A model generated the notes under the pieces. That model made no database searches. It was not told the origin of the DNA and saw nothing but the letters and a program-made list of their open reading frames with translations. From contig CACYHO010000002.1 in NCBI GenBank assembly GCA_902774285.1, positions 27,023 to 91,022 on the forward strand: 64,000 bases of DNA, given 5' to 3'. Positions 28,305 to 39,705 of this stretch are shown in pieces. The first letter of the stretch is position 1; each line of letters opens with the position of its first letter. This DNA is from an uncultured Pseudomonadota bacterium. GTDB lineage: Bacteria; Pseudomonadota; Alphaproteobacteria; Rs-D84. Both the position numbers and the translations under genes were made by a program.

Positions 28305-30935
28305 TTAATTTAATTTTCCGTGGCAGTGTTTATATTTCAAACCAGAACCACATGGACATAAAGCATTACGCGATATGTTCATATTAGACATATTATTCGC
28401 ACCAGTATTTTGATTCAATGCAGAATCATGTTGTGCCTGTTGTTGTGCGGTTGCATCAACATCTTCACGTGTCAATTCCATACGACAAATATATGCAACA
28501 GACATCGTTTTAAAATTCTGAATCGTGTTTTTAAATAATTCCAGTGCTTCATTTTTATATTCATACAAAGGATTCTTTTGAGCATAACCACGTAAACCGA
28601 TGGCGCCCTGTAAATAGTCCATTTGTTGCAAATGGCGTTTCCACACTGCATCCAACGCGCCCAACATCATTTGTCTTTGTGCTGTCTGCATCAATTCATC
28701 ACCATACTTTTCATTTTGTTGATTATAACGATGCATTCCCAGATTAAACAATGTATTATACGCGGCGCGTTCTGATATTGTTTCATCTGTTTTCCATTTA
28801 TCAATATCAGTAATATCCAGTGCAAATATACGCATCATATCATCGTGAATTCCTTGTATGTTCCAAGTAGAAGGGTGCGCCTTTTCTGGAATATTTTTTT
28901 CACAAATGATTTCCACAACATCGCCAATCAATTCTGTTGCAAAAGGTTTCAAATCCTCCGATGTCATCAAATCATTGCGCTGTTTATAGATCACTGTTCT
29001 TTGATCATTCATAACATTATCGTATTTAAGCAATTCTTTACGTGCTTCAAAATATCTGGCTTCAACACGCTTTTGCGCTTTTTCTAATGCCTTTGTTATC
29101 CATGGATGAGTAATTGCTTCACCAGGTTTCAAGCCAAGCGTTGTTAACATATTTTGCAATCTGGCTGCACCAAAGATACGCATCAGATCATCGTCCAATG
29201 CCAAAAAGAATTTAGAATCACCAGGATCACCCTGACGACCAGAACGACCGCGCAACTGATTATCAATACGACGCGATTCATGACGTTCTGTACCAATTAC
29301 ATAAAGTCCGCCAGCCTTTAATACTTTTTCTTTGTTCTTTTCGATTGTTTTTATAATTTCTTTTTTCTTCTTTTCGAAATCTGGTGCAGTTTCATCCAAG
29401 TCAGCAATTAAATCTTCGGCATTACCACCCAATTTAATATCTGTTCCACGACCAGCCATATTTGTAGCAATTGTTACCGCCCCAGGTGCACCAGCCTGAG
29501 ATACAATTTTTGCCTCTGATTCATGGTGTTTTGCATTCAAAACCGCCGGTTTAATACCCAATTTTTCTTGAACAATTTTTGCCAATTCTTCAGATTTTTC
29601 AATTGAAACCGTTCCAACCAAAACAGGTTGTTCGCGTTCCATACATTCGGAAATTTGTTTTATAATTGCGTCATATTTTTCAGATTTATTACGATAAATT
29701 TCGTCATGATGATCAACACGCGCCACAGGCTTATTTGTTGGAATCGCAACTACACGCAATTTATAAATTTCTTCAAATTCTGCTGCTTCTGTCATTGCCG
29801 TTCCGGTCATACCAGCTAACGTAGGGTACATTCTGAATAAATTCTGGTAAGAAATGCTGGAAACAGTTTGGTTTTCCGGTTGAACAGTCACGTGTTCTTT
29901 TGCTTCAATTGCTTGATGTAATCCTTTTCCAAAACGACGACCAGACATTACACGACCAGTAAATTCATCAACAATTAAAACTTCGCCATTACGAACAACA
30001 TAATTCACATTTTTTTCATATAAGTGATGTGCCAAAAGAGATTGTTGCAAATGCATAACAACAATAGCGTTTTCAGAAGAATACAAATTATCACCAATTA
30101 AAATATCGGCAGATTTCAAAAGGTTTGTAGCATGATCTATACCAGTTTCTGTTAATGTAACATGTCTGTCTTTTTCATCAACCTTGTAATCATCCGCAAC
30201 CAATTGGACAACGACTGCATCGACTTTGTTATACAAATCACTGGTATCTTCGGCAGGCCCAGAAATGATTAACGGAGTACGCGCTTCATCGATTAAAATA
30301 CTGTCCACTTCGTCAACGATTGCGTAAAAGAATGGGCGCAAAACCTGTTGTTCTTTGGTGAATTTCATATTATCACGCAAATAATCAAAGCCTAATTCAG
30401 AATTAGTAACATATGTTATATCGCAATTGTACGCTGCGCGTCTGTCTTCATCAGACATATCGTGTTGAACGACACCAATTGTCATACCCAAAAATCTGTA
30501 AACTTGTCCCATCCAACCGGCGTCACGCGATGCCAAATAATCATTAACCGTAATCAAATGCGCACCTTTACCATGCAAAGCCTTTAAATACAGTGCCAAT
30601 GTAGCAACCAATGTTTTACCTTCACCGGTTTTCATTTCAGAAATCTGACCGTTGGATAAAACCATACCACCAATCAATTGAACATCAAAATGACGCATTC
30701 CAACAGAACGTTTAGCGGCTTCACGAACAGCGGCAAAAACATCCGGCAAAATATCTTTTTCTTTTTCACCGTTTTGTAATCTTTCGCGAAAAACAGCGGT
30801 TAATCCATGAATTTCATCATCGGACATCGCCGCATATTTTTCTTCCAAACTATTTATTATGGAAACAGTTTTATCGTATGATTTTACCAATCTGTCATTT
30901 GCCGAACCTAACAGCAATTTTAATACATTTTTCAT
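28305..30935 (-). CDS. secA: Preprotein translocase ATPase SecA
   Basis: MKTGEGKTL, DEVDSILIDEARTPLIISG, TNMAGRGTDIKLGG and the C-terminal zinc motif CPCGSGLKYKHCHG. Confidence 0.98.
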   Translation of the reverse strand: MKNVLKLLLGSANDRLVKSYDKTVSIINSLEEKYAAMSDDEIHGLTAVFRERLQNGEKEKDILPDVFAAVREAAKRSVGMRHFDVQLIGGMVLSNGQISEMKTGEGKTLVATLALYLKALHGKGAHLITVNDYLASRDAGWMGQVYRFLGMTIGVVQHDMSDEDRRAAYNCDITYVTNSELGFDYLRDNMKFTKEQQVLRPFFYAIVDEVDSILIDEARTPLIISGPAEDTSDLYNKVDAVVVQLVADDYKVDEKDRHVTLTETGIDHATNLLKSADILIGDNLYSSENAIVVMHLQQSLLAHHLYEKNVNYVVRNGEVLIVDEFTGRVMSGRRFGKGLHQAIEAKEHVTVQPENQTVSSISYQNLFRMYPTLAGMTGTAMTEAAEFEEIYKLRVVAIPTNKPVARVDHHDEIYRNKSEKYDAIIKQISECMEREQPVLVGTVSIEKSEELAKIVQEKLGIKPAVLNAKHHESEAKIVSQAGAPGAVTIATNMAGRGTDIKLGGNAEDLIADLDETAPDFEKKKKEIIKTIEKNKEKVLKAGGLYVIGTERHESRRIDNQLRGRSGRQGDPGDSKFFLALDDDLMRIFGAARLQNMLTTLGLKPGEAITHPWITKALEKAQKRVEARYFEARKELLKYDNVMNDQRTVIYKQRNDLMTSEDLKPFATELIGDVVEIICEKNIPEKAHPSTWNIQGIHDDMMRIFALDITDIDKWKTDETISERAAYNTLFNLGMHRYNQQNEKYGDELMQTAQRQMMLGALDAVWKRHLQQMDYLQGAIGLRGYAQKNPLYEYKNEALELFKNTIQNFKTMSVAYICRMELTREDVDATAQQQAQHDSALNQNTGANNMSNMNISRNALCPCGSGLKYKHCHGKLN

Positions 30936-30999
30936 ATTTTATTCCTTACCATTTCTTTCAAAGACGATATCGTCCCAGAAACACCCAAATATTTATATT

Positions 31000-31028
31000 T
31001 TTATAGCAATTTTAGGCGTCTGGGTCAA
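31000..31028 (-). promoter_or_regulatory. Sigma70-like promoter TTGACC-17-TATAAA upstream of secA
   Basis: The minus strand reads TTGACC (31028-31023), a 17-nt spacer, then TATAAA (31005-31000). Confidence 0.45.
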
Positions 31029-31092
31029 GACACTTTATCTATATAATAAAGATTTTTTGTAAAACAAGTTTTATGGCAATATTTTTATCAAA

Positions 31093-34000
31093 TTAGTCCA
31101 CATTTACCGATGCATCGTGTGCATTATAGACTTTGTTACCAATTGCAACACGCAATTTCTTTGAAGAACCATTGTGAATCGGAACATTTTTATCTTTTGT
31201 TAACATTATGTACATTGGGCTGCCCCTTGTTCCAAACACTAATACTGCCCCAGCAGGTTTTTCTGCATACATACATATTTTGTCGTCGCCATTACCGATA
31301 TGTAACCATTTACCAGATTGACATTCAAATTCCCATTTTGCCCATAATGCTTTGTTACCAGTTGAACCCTTGGCAATCTGTGTAACAGGGTTGCCATTAA
31401 ATTCAGGGTTATCATACCAGCCAGCAAAGTTATAAGCTGTCTTGGTTGGTGTTCCAAGCGTTATGGTATCTGTTGCAACAGTATATGTTTCCAGTGCATC
31501 ATCATACGTTCCACCATCAAGATTATATGTTATTGTATAAGTATGCGCTTCACAAGTCGCCAGCGTGTTCGCAGAACCAAGCAACGCTGTTGTTGATACA
31601 TCTGCACCAGGGGTTACATCATAACCGGTTTTGCAACTTGTTGGTTCGCAGGTCCTTGTTCCGTCTTTGTAAACATGGCCTGTAACTGATTTCGCATTCG
31701 GCACATCTAATTTGTTACATGTGCGATAGCACTGATCAATTGATGTTGCTAATGCGACAGATTTTGGATGTGATAATGGACAAGATTGACATACGTTATT
31801 ACCGTCCAGATACTGGCCAGCCGCACAAGTTATCCAATGTGCATACAAATCAACGTCACCAACAAATTCAGATTCTTCTGTTACCTCTGTTCCATTTGCA
31901 GTAAACCAACCAATAAATTTATACCCGTCTTTTGTTAAGTTTGGCAATGTTAATTCGGCCAATCCATAATTATCTGCCGCAGATTCTTTATAATTAATAT
32001 TTTGTGTTTCTGTTTCGTCGCCGTTATGATAGGTCACAATTGCATAACAAGATTCATGTGTATCATTAGAACCCTTTACAGAATGAGGATACACGTCGCC
32101 ACAACCATCGCACATAACCTTGTTTTGTAAATTTTCACGATTCAACCAATCTGGCATATAATTCGTGTACATATTCGTTGGACATGATATTGCGATTTGG
32201 GTGTTATTAAACATAGAAGTTGTCACATCTATATTATTAGTATTTGTTAAATTCGTACTCAAGAACCCATACGGTATATAATCAGGCTCATCAGAATCAG
32301 TTAGTACAGCTGGGCTAAATTTTTTCAAATTTATGCAACCATCAAATGTGGACCCAAATAAATACGGAGAAACACTGCCTGTCAAATTACTAAATAGGTT
32401 AACAGGGACTTTTGTCAAACCGCTACAACCAGAGAATGTGCCAAAAAACATCGACCCTGCCGAACCAGAAACACCTTGACCATTTGCATTAACAAACAAG
32501 TGTTCCGGTATTGATTTTAAACCACTGCAACCTTCAAAGGTGTTATAAAACATATAACTTGCCGCGCCAGAAACACCTTTAAACAAGTCTTCTGGCAATG
32601 ATGTCAGTCCGCTACAACCGCTGAATGTGCTTTCAAACATATAATCTGTCGCGCCAAAAACATCTGTAAATAATGTTGAATTACCATTTTCATCAATTGG
32701 CAGAGATGTTAATCTAGTACACCCCTTGAATGTTTGACTAAACTGTGGTTGTTGTGACGGATCATTTGAACCATCATTTAATGTCGGGAATATCGCACTT
32801 AATGAACCGGATATAGATACAATTTTTTTAGGATTCGACCCATAGTCTCTACCAAAATGTATGGTTGGCACGTTCTGCGTCATACTATATTGTTCTGCAA
32901 TTCCAGCATATTTAATAGTGTGTTCAGTACCAGATTCCCATATGCAATTATATTCATACATATCTGTGTTTTGTTTATCTATAACGCCAACTTGTTTTCC
33001 AGTATTATTAAAGTTTCCACCCGTGCCACAATCTATATAAAATTCGCCAAATGCACTAATCCATGTAGAGAAGGTTCCGCCGTCGTCAACCGTAGTCACA
33101 GTAAATTTTGCAGGGATACAGTGTTTATTTTCATTGTTGTCTGTATATTCTATGTTGTTTTCATCACATAGATATTGTGCGTATAATGTGATATCGCGCG
33201 CAATACTTGTGTCCACAGAATCTACACGATTACCGTTTTCATCTTGCCATTCTGTAAACTGGAAACCATCATGTTCTGGTATTGGCAAACGTGCTATTGT
33301 GGCCATTCTGACATTATATCCTGTTGGTTCTATTGTGTTTCCACCATCCGTATTATAATATACATGGTAAGCAACCGGCGTATAAACACAGGTATTTATG
33401 CCGTTGCTGTATTTACGCCCAGCAACAGTGTAATGTTCACGTTCTTCACAAAGTTTGTAACAATCATCGGCAGACTTTGCACCAACATCCGACAATGGAT
33501 AATCTTCATCACAGGACATGATAATATTTGGTGTATTTGAATACGCGATAGTTCCACCAGGGCAATATACACCATCGCCTGCACATTGCGCACATTCTGT
33601 TGAATTGGCCATCAAATAATATCCAGGATCACAATGTGTAGTTACAAGTGTAAATTTAGCATAGAATGTTTTTGCACCCCTGATGTTTGCATTTGGCGCA
33701 TAACCATTGGTAGATGACGAGAAGACAGAATTATTATAACGCAAATACCAACGTTCAAAATTATATCCAGGAACATTTATCTGACTTTTTGTTGGCAATC
33801 TGATACCGTTGCTTGCCGTGTATTTTGCAGACCCCAAGAAACTCAAATCTATTTCATTACCGTCAGTATCATATCCCTTGTAGAAAACATCATATTCAAC
33901 ATCGGCATAAGATATTACTGGGGTACATGTAATATCGCTGCTTTGTATTGCCATCGTTCCAGTATATGTTTGTCCGTTACATGTCCATCCAGTTATACTG

Positions 34001-34470
34001 CCAACAGTTATTTCGCATTCTTCTGTTGTTGGGACATTTACATTTGATTCAACAAAGCCTGTGCGTTCTATTGTTTTGTCATCTGTACAATTATATGTTA
34101 TTGTTCTGATATCTGGATTCTTAATCCATTTAACATATAATTTTATATTCTTGTAATTTGCCATTGCCCCAGAAATACTGGTTACAGTAGCACCACTTGT
34201 GGAATTCAAACGCCATCCATTGAATGTGTAATCTGTTTTTGTTGGCACATATAAAGTCGTTTCTGGTGTTTCAATATTATATGTTTGTGGATTCGTCAAA
34301 CCAGTATCCAATGAACCACCATCCATGTAATACGTAATAGTATATGATTTTGGAACACAAATATTGCTGTTCATTGCGTAATGATTATCACAATTGCATT
34401 GTGCAACAAGACCGCCAGCGCTTGTTGAATGAGCAGGGCAAGCTTCACAACTGTCAGTGGTTGTATTCAA
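31093..34470 (-). CDS. C-terminal segment of the giant repeat surface protein (Flg_new repeats, one FYIDCG + BspA-LRR module, Cys-rich modules)
   Basis: This frame is open upstream to 34680, beyond the listed Met. It has no signal peptide of its own. Repeats carry GY.F.GW ... LYA.W, and LRR units look like F..TFSGCSGLTSLP. Confidence 0.75.
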   Translation of the reverse strand: MNTTTDSCEACPAHSTSAGGLVAQCNCDNHYAMNSNICVPKSYTITYYMDGGSLDTGLTNPQTYNIETPETTLYVPTKTDYTFNGWRLNSTSGATVTSISGAMANYKNIKLYVKWIKNPDIRTITYNCTDDKTIERTGFVESNVNVPTTEECEITVGSITGWTCNGQTYTGTMAIQSSDITCTPVISYADVEYDVFYKGYDTDGNEIDLSFLGSAKYTASNGIRLPTKSQINVPGYNFERWYLRYNNSVFSSSTNGYAPNANIRGAKTFYAKFTLVTTHCDPGYYLMANSTECAQCAGDGVYCPGGTIAYSNTPNIIMSCDEDYPLSDVGAKSADDCYKLCEEREHYTVAGRKYSNGINTCVYTPVAYHVYYNTDGGNTIEPTGYNVRMATIARLPIPEHDGFQFTEWQDENGNRVDSVDTSIARDITLYAQYLCDENNIEYTDNNENKHCIPAKFTVTTVDDGGTFSTWISAFGEFYIDCGTGGNFNNTGKQVGVIDKQNTDMYEYNCIWESGTEHTIKYAGIAEQYSMTQNVPTIHFGRDYGSNPKKIVSISGSLSAIFPTLNDGSNDPSQQPQFSQTFKGCTRLTSLPIDENGNSTLFTDVFGATDYMFESTFSGCSGLTSLPEDLFKGVSGAASYMFYNTFEGCSGLKSIPEHLFVNANGQGVSGSAGSMFFGTFSGCSGLTKVPVNLFSNLTGSVSPYLFGSTFDGCINLKKFSPAVLTDSDEPDYIPYGFLSTNLTNTNNIDVTTSMFNNTQIAISCPTNMYTNYMPDWLNRENLQNKVMCDGCGDVYPHSVKGSNDTHESCYAIVTYHNGDETETQNINYKESAADNYGLAELTLPNLTKDGYKFIGWFTANGTEVTEESEFVGDVDLYAHWITCAAGQYLDGNNVCQSCPLSHPKSVALATSIDQCYRTCNKLDVPNAKSVTGHVYKDGTRTCEPTSCKTGYDVTPGADVSTTALLGSANTLATCEAHTYTITYNLDGGTYDDALETYTVATDTITLGTPTKTAYNFAGWYDNPEFNGNPVTQIAKGSTGNKALWAKWEFECQSGKWLHIGNGDDKICMYAEKPAGAVLVFGTRGSPMYIMLTKDKNVPIHNGSSKKLRVAIGNKVYNAHDASVNVD

Positions 34471-34643
34471 ATATTGATTTCGTTCACATGGTTCACGTGT
34501 CCATTGTGCAGTTAATTCTTTATTACCAGATGCTCCAGCTGGAATTTCTGTGACGACTTTATTGTTATTATCAACCCAACCAGCAAATACATAGTTAGCA
34601 CGTGTAATATTGTCTGATGTTGGTAATAATACCGTGCCACTGT

Positions 34644-34880
34644 TTATATTATATGTTGCAACAGGTGTATAACCAATTCTTTATTTCCTGTTGAACCCTG
34701 TGCAACCATATCAACAGCAGAACCAGATAATGCTTCGTTGTCATACCAGCCCGCAAAAGTGTATCCGTTGCGGACAGCATTCTGTGGTAATATTATATCA
34801 GCAGAATTAACAGTATATTGTTTCTGTGGATATGTTGTACCACCGTTTGAATGATATTTTATAGTGTATCTTTGTATATC
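34644..34880 (-). pseudogene. Out-of-frame Flg_new repeat joining the middle and C-terminal giant-gene segments
   Basis: A third frame reads YTIKYHSNGGTTYPQKQYTVNSADIILPQNAVRNGYTFAGWYDNEALSGSAVDMVAQGSTGNKEL. That is a complete canonical repeat, reachable only by one frame change at each end. Confidence 0.7.
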
Positions 34881-37800
34881 CAGTATATGTTACAACACAA
34901 CCATTATTCACAATGTCACCACTGGACTTCGTTGTTCCATCGGCCAATTTCCAATTAACAAATGTATAACCATTACGAACAGGTGCGTCTGGCAATGTAA
35001 AATCACTACCATATTCGCAACTGCCATTGTCTATCAAAGTGCCACCGTTTTCATTCCAATCTAATATTATTGTGTTTGCTACACAGCTTTCACCATTATC
35101 ATTATAACCTTCATTACATACACATTCTGTTGCTAATCCACCATTGCTTGACGAATTGACAGGGCAATCAATACACACACCATCTTGTATATATTGATTT
35201 GCTTCACAAGTCAAAGGTTTTACCTTGGCCCATACTGTCATATTGTTTGCCACACTGCCAGCAACACCTGTCGTGGTCGCACCAGAAAGACTTGAATTAG
35301 AATACCATGCTATAAACCTATAATTAGGAATATTAACATCTGCTTTATTTGGATATGCTACCGATTGCCCGATGGTTCTTTTTGTATAACGTTCTGCAAA
35401 CATATCAGATATATCATGAACGACACCATCAACATCTTTGAATTTGTAAACTATATTGTATTCTATCAATTCGATGTCGGCAAAGAAATGCAAGTCCCCA
35501 AATGACGAACCTTGCTCAATTGTTTTTGTGGTTTCACAGTTTTCTGTCAATTCTGCATTCGTGCACCATGCATTGAATTTATATCCAGCCACAGACGGGT
35601 TATTCAATGTGAATGTTGGTGTTTCTTTAGTATATGTTGTTCTATTAGCAACTGTTTTACCGTATGGTATTGTATAAGATATACTATATGGAATCGCTTC
35701 CCATTTTGCATACAATACAACTGTTGCATTATTATCCGGGGTCAATCTTGAAACAGTTCCTTTGTCAGTATAAACTTGATCAGAGCAGGTGGCAGTATTA
35801 CACCAGCCAACAAAATTATAACCAGATCTTGCATAATGATTTTCAGGCAATTGTGTTTCCGCGGTATATTGTAAGTTTTCAACGGCATCCACATTACCAG
35901 ATTCAGCACCATTACCATCGAATACTATATTATATGTATTAACTGTTGTCTGGGCCACACATCCAACATCGTGATTTGGCATCTTATTATTATCAACAAA
36001 ATTATCACCACAGTTCCATGCTGTTAATGTATGACCAGGATTATTACAACGTGCATAATCCAGCAATTCAACATCATCGTTATATTCCATACCACCAACA
36101 ATTATGTTATTACCATTGTCACAATCATATGAAATTGCATATTGTTCAATATCCCAATTTGCATGCATTGTAACAACACCTGATTCAGGAACATTATCGT
36201 TAATTTTGCGTTCATTATTATCGATGCGAATATCGTTATATTCGTTTCCTTTGTTATCTATCCAACCAATAAATGTTCTGCCTTCAACAGCGGTTGGAAC
36301 GCACAATGGCACAGCATTTCTTTCAGCAATATGATATGTTTGTACATCACAATTTTCAGATCCTTCGTATTCTATATCAGCCTTGTACCAACAAACATCG
36401 CGTGCTGTTTGACCGTAACGAATCTTGCTGTGTTCAGAATCAATTACATAATTACCATATGTTGCATCACACGGTACATAACAATAATCGCGAGATGGTG
36501 CGCATCCGCCAATTTTATCAGAACCTGGGCATTGACTGTCTGTCGTTACCATAGCATACGAACCAAAATCCGCCCGACAAGCTCTAATTCCTTGATCCGT
36601 TGTTGCGTTGTAAACATAGTCGCCAGCCGCAAAACCAGTACAATAAAATCCAACAGGGCAATTTGTACATTTATCATAATCTCCGGCTTTAAGGTATGTT
36701 CCTGGCTCGCATGCTATATTATCTTGTAATTTCCATTGTGCATACATAGTTATATCTGATAATTTTTCTTTTACTGTATCGCCGACATTATATGTTTCGT
36801 TCTCATTTGATTTCCAGCCATTGAACATATAACCTTTTCTTACATATGTGCTTTCTGGCATTGCACAACCAGTAGAATACGGGCAAGACATTGATCCCAC
36901 AGCATCAGCATTTGTGACATACATAGAATTTGGGTTAAATGAAACATTAAATTGTATTTCTTCCCAAGGGCTTGGCACACAAGATACATCATATGTTACA
37001 TGCCAGTTTTCCACAGAGTCTGTAGGAACATAATGTGTTTCTAAATTTGCATCAACATACGAACATGTCCAACCTGTAAATATCCAACCAGTGCGCGAAC
37101 AAATCATTGAATTACCAGTATTGGAAACGAATGTATAAGGATCAGCATATATCAAACTATCAGTATGTACAATATCGCCATTATCATCGCAACGATAAGT
37201 TATTTCATATGTTTCCGGCACCCATGATGCATAGAATGTTTTTGAACCAATTGAATTTTGCGGAATTGATGTTATTATATTGCCAGTTAATTCAACGTTA
37301 TCGTACCAGCCGGCAAAATCATAACCAATTCTTGACGCATCATACAATGTTACATCTTGTGTAGTGTTATAAGTTGACGGATTTTGATCATCATTAGATG
37401 CATTTGCAACACAATCTGACGAACTGTCTGGACATAATACATATTGTATTTGATATCCATATGTACATGTTGATATATCATCCCCATTAACATCATAATA
37501 CGCATGGCCACCTAGTTCTGACACATACGTTCCGCCCAAAGAATCAGTTGCAGGGCAGGCCGTGTAACATTGATTAATTGTATCATTCGAACCAGATACC
37601 GATGTATAATTGTTTGGACATGGATCACACCATGGTCTGCCCGCGGCACTAAATATACCATTAGTTTGTGATTTTTGGTTTTTATATGTTCCCTCAGGAC
37701 AATTTGACTTAAAAGCCGTACTTGCGAACATATCTGTTACTAATCCAGTCGCACTGGTTGTAATATTATCCAAGAAGAATCCAGGTATATAATTTAATGT

Positions 37801-39705
37801 TTCATTTGTATTGGTGTTATATACATGCCAAACAGACGAACCATCAAAGGTATTGGCAAACATACTTGTTGCACCACCTGACAATCCTGCAAACAGATCT
37901 GAACGTATTGTTGATAAATTTCTCATAGAAGCAAATGTGTAATTAAACGCTTCATTCGCAGAACCACTTAATCCAGCGAACAAACCACTTGGTAATGATG
38001 ACAATGCTGTTCCACTGAATGTATAAGCAAACATTCGATTTGCAACCTGTGTCGTATTTGCAGATGCATTTGATATGCCTGGGAACAAATGGGTTGGTAA
38101 TGACAACAAACTTGTCCCACTGAATGTAGCGTGATACATAGCTGTGTTTGAACCTGTTACATGTTTAAATAATAACGAAGCTCCATTTGTATCTGATGGC
38201 AATGTTTTCAAAGAACGACAACCAGAGAATGTGCTTGAAAATAATCTGTCTGCGTTGCCACTAATACTATCAAACAAAGTATCTGGTATTGATGTCAAAC
38301 CAGCACTATCAAATGTTTGCAAAAACATTGCACTATATGCGCCATTAAGATCTGCAAATAAATCACCAGGTAAAGTTGTCAAAGCAGAACAATTCTTAAA
38401 CGTCTTGTCAAACAACGCTGTCGCACCTGTAATATCATCAAACAAACCACTTGGTAATAATGTTAACCCAGTATTCGAGAATGTCCGGTAAAACATTTCA
38501 TCTACACCGGCACCAGATATACCACTAAATAATGTAGATTTGTTATTAGTATCAACTGGCAATGCTGTCAAATATGTTGCGCCGTCAAATGTTCTGCCAA
38601 ATCTTGGCTGATCTGCATACCCAGCAGAACCATTATTCTTAGTCGGGAATATTGCACCCAATGATCCTGTTATTGACGCAATCTTTGCCGGAGTAGAATC
38701 GCTTGTTGAATCATTAACACCAGTTCCAAATCTGATTGCCGGTGTGTCTATATAACTTCCATCCGTCCATGATGCGGTAGAATAACGTTCCGCCAATCCA
38801 CCAAACTTAATTGTGTGGGAATTTGCCGCGTTTCCATATGTACATGTATATGTTGCATTTGTTGTATTGCCACGTGTAATAACTTTACCAACAACATCAT
38901 TTGCTGTTGAAGTCAACACACCATCATCGCCACAATCTACATAGAAAGTCCCATATGCAGTCATATTAAATTTAAATGTATCATTCGCAACCATTGGTCG
39001 TGTTACGACTGTAAACTTAACAGGCGTCCATTTAGCATAGAATGTTTTGTTGCCGGTATCTGATGCTGATATTGTATGGCTTGATGCACAATTTTGTAGT
39101 TGTTCATCTGTGCACCATCCAATAAAGAAATACCCATCGCGTGTTGGAACACTATCTATTGTTGCGCCAATACCAAACACATATGAAGCAGGGGCATTAT
39201 TATTTGTTGCACCATCCATATTATTATAGGTAATAGCGTATCCATATGTACATGTTGATATATCATCCCCATTAACATCATAATACGCATGGCCACCCAG
39301 TTCTGACACATACGTTCCGCCCAAAGAATCAGTTGCAGGGCATTCTGTATAACATTGATTAATTGTATCATTCGAACCAGATACCGATGTATAATTATTT
39401 GGACATGGATCACACCATGGTTTAGATGCAGCTCTTCCAAATTCAGGTTTTACCTGATATGTGCCAGCCGGACATGGATTATCAAAACCAGAATTAAGGA
39501 ACATATTGTACATAATATTATTCGTTCTGTAATTGGTTCCGGCAGTATAAATATTATTTAAAAATGACGCATCAATATAATTATGATTAACACCATTGGC
39601 ATCTGGCATTTTCAGATTTGAACAACCATAGAATGTGCTTGCGAACATACCTTCTGCTGTGCTGGTTATACCAGAGAATGTATTCAAAGGTATTGTACCA
39701 TTCAA
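34807..39705 (-). CDS. Middle segment of the giant repeat surface protein
   Basis: The listed start is a TTG inside an LRR unit, and there is no signal peptide. It repeats the last 27 residues of the upstream ORF. Content is BspA-type LRRs, the FYVDCG domain, CDPCPNNYTS Cys modules and many Flg_new repeats. Confidence 0.75.
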   Translation of the reverse strand: MNGTIPLNTFSGITSTAEGMFASTFYGCSNLKMPDANGVNHNYIDASFLNNIYTAGTNYRTNNIMYNMFLNSGFDNPCPAGTYQVKPEFGRAASKPWCDPCPNNYTSVSGSNDTINQCYTECPATDSLGGTYVSELGGHAYYDVNGDDISTCTYGYAITYNNMDGATNNNAPASYVFGIGATIDSVPTRDGYFFIGWCTDEQLQNCASSHTISASDTGNKTFYAKWTPVKFTVVTRPMVANDTFKFNMTAYGTFYVDCGDDGVLTSTANDVVGKVITRGNTTNATYTCTYGNAANSHTIKFGGLAERYSTASWTDGSYIDTPAIRFGTGVNDSTSDSTPAKIASITGSLGAIFPTKNNGSAGYADQPRFGRTFDGATYLTALPVDTNNKSTLFSGISGAGVDEMFYRTFSNTGLTLLPSGLFDDITGATALFDKTFKNCSALTTLPGDLFADLNGAYSAMFLQTFDSAGLTSIPDTLFDSISGNADRLFSSTFSGCRSLKTLPSDTNGASLLFKHVTGSNTAMYHATFSGTSLLSLPTHLFPGISNASANTTQVANRMFAYTFSGTALSSLPSGLFAGLSGSANEAFNYTFASMRNLSTIRSDLFAGLSGGATSMFANTFDGSSVWHVYNTNTNETLNYIPGFFLDNITTSATGLVTDMFASTAFKSNCPEGTYKNQKSQTNGIFSAAGRPWCDPCPNNYTSVSGSNDTINQCYTACPATDSLGGTYVSELGGHAYYDVNGDDISTCTYGYQIQYVLCPDSSSDCVANASNDDQNPSTYNTTQDVTLYDASRIGYDFAGWYDNVELTGNIITSIPQNSIGSKTFYASWVPETYEITYRCDDNGDIVHTDSLIYADPYTFVSNTGNSMICSRTGWIFTGWTCSYVDANLETHYVPTDSVENWHVTYDVSCVPSPWEEIQFNVSFNPNSMYVTNADAVGSMSCPYSTGCAMPESTYVRKGYMFNGWKSNENETYNVGDTVKEKLSDITMYAQWKLQDNIACEPGTYLKAGDYDKCTNCPVGFYCTGFAAGDYVYNATTDQGIRACRADFGSYAMVTTDSQCPGSDKIGGCAPSRDYCYVPCDATYGNYVIDSEHSKIRYGQTARDVCWYKADIEYEGSENCDVQTYHIAERNAVPLCVPTAVEGRTFIGWIDNKGNEYNDIRIDNNERKINDNVPESGVVTMHANWDIEQYAISYDCDNGNNIIVGGMEYNDDVELLDYARCNNPGHTLTAWNCGDNFVDNNKMPNHDVGCVAQTTVNTYNIVFDGNGAESGNVDAVENLQYTAETQLPENHYARSGYNFVGWCNTATCSDQVYTDKGTVSRLTPDNNATVVLYAKWEAIPYSISYTIPYGKTVANRTTYTKETPTFTLNNPSVAGYKFNAWCTNAELTENCETTKTIEQGSSFGDLHFFADIELIEYNIVYKFKDVDGVVHDISDMFAERYTKRTIGQSVAYPNKADVNIPNYRFIAWYSNSSLSGATTTGVAGSVANNMTVWAKVKPLTCEANQYIQDGVCIDCPVNSSSNGGLATECVCNEGYNDNGESCVANTIILDWNENGGTLIDNGSCEYGSDFTLPDAPVRNGYTFVNWKLADGTTKSSGDIVNNGCVVTYTGYTKIHYKISFKRWYNISTETIYC

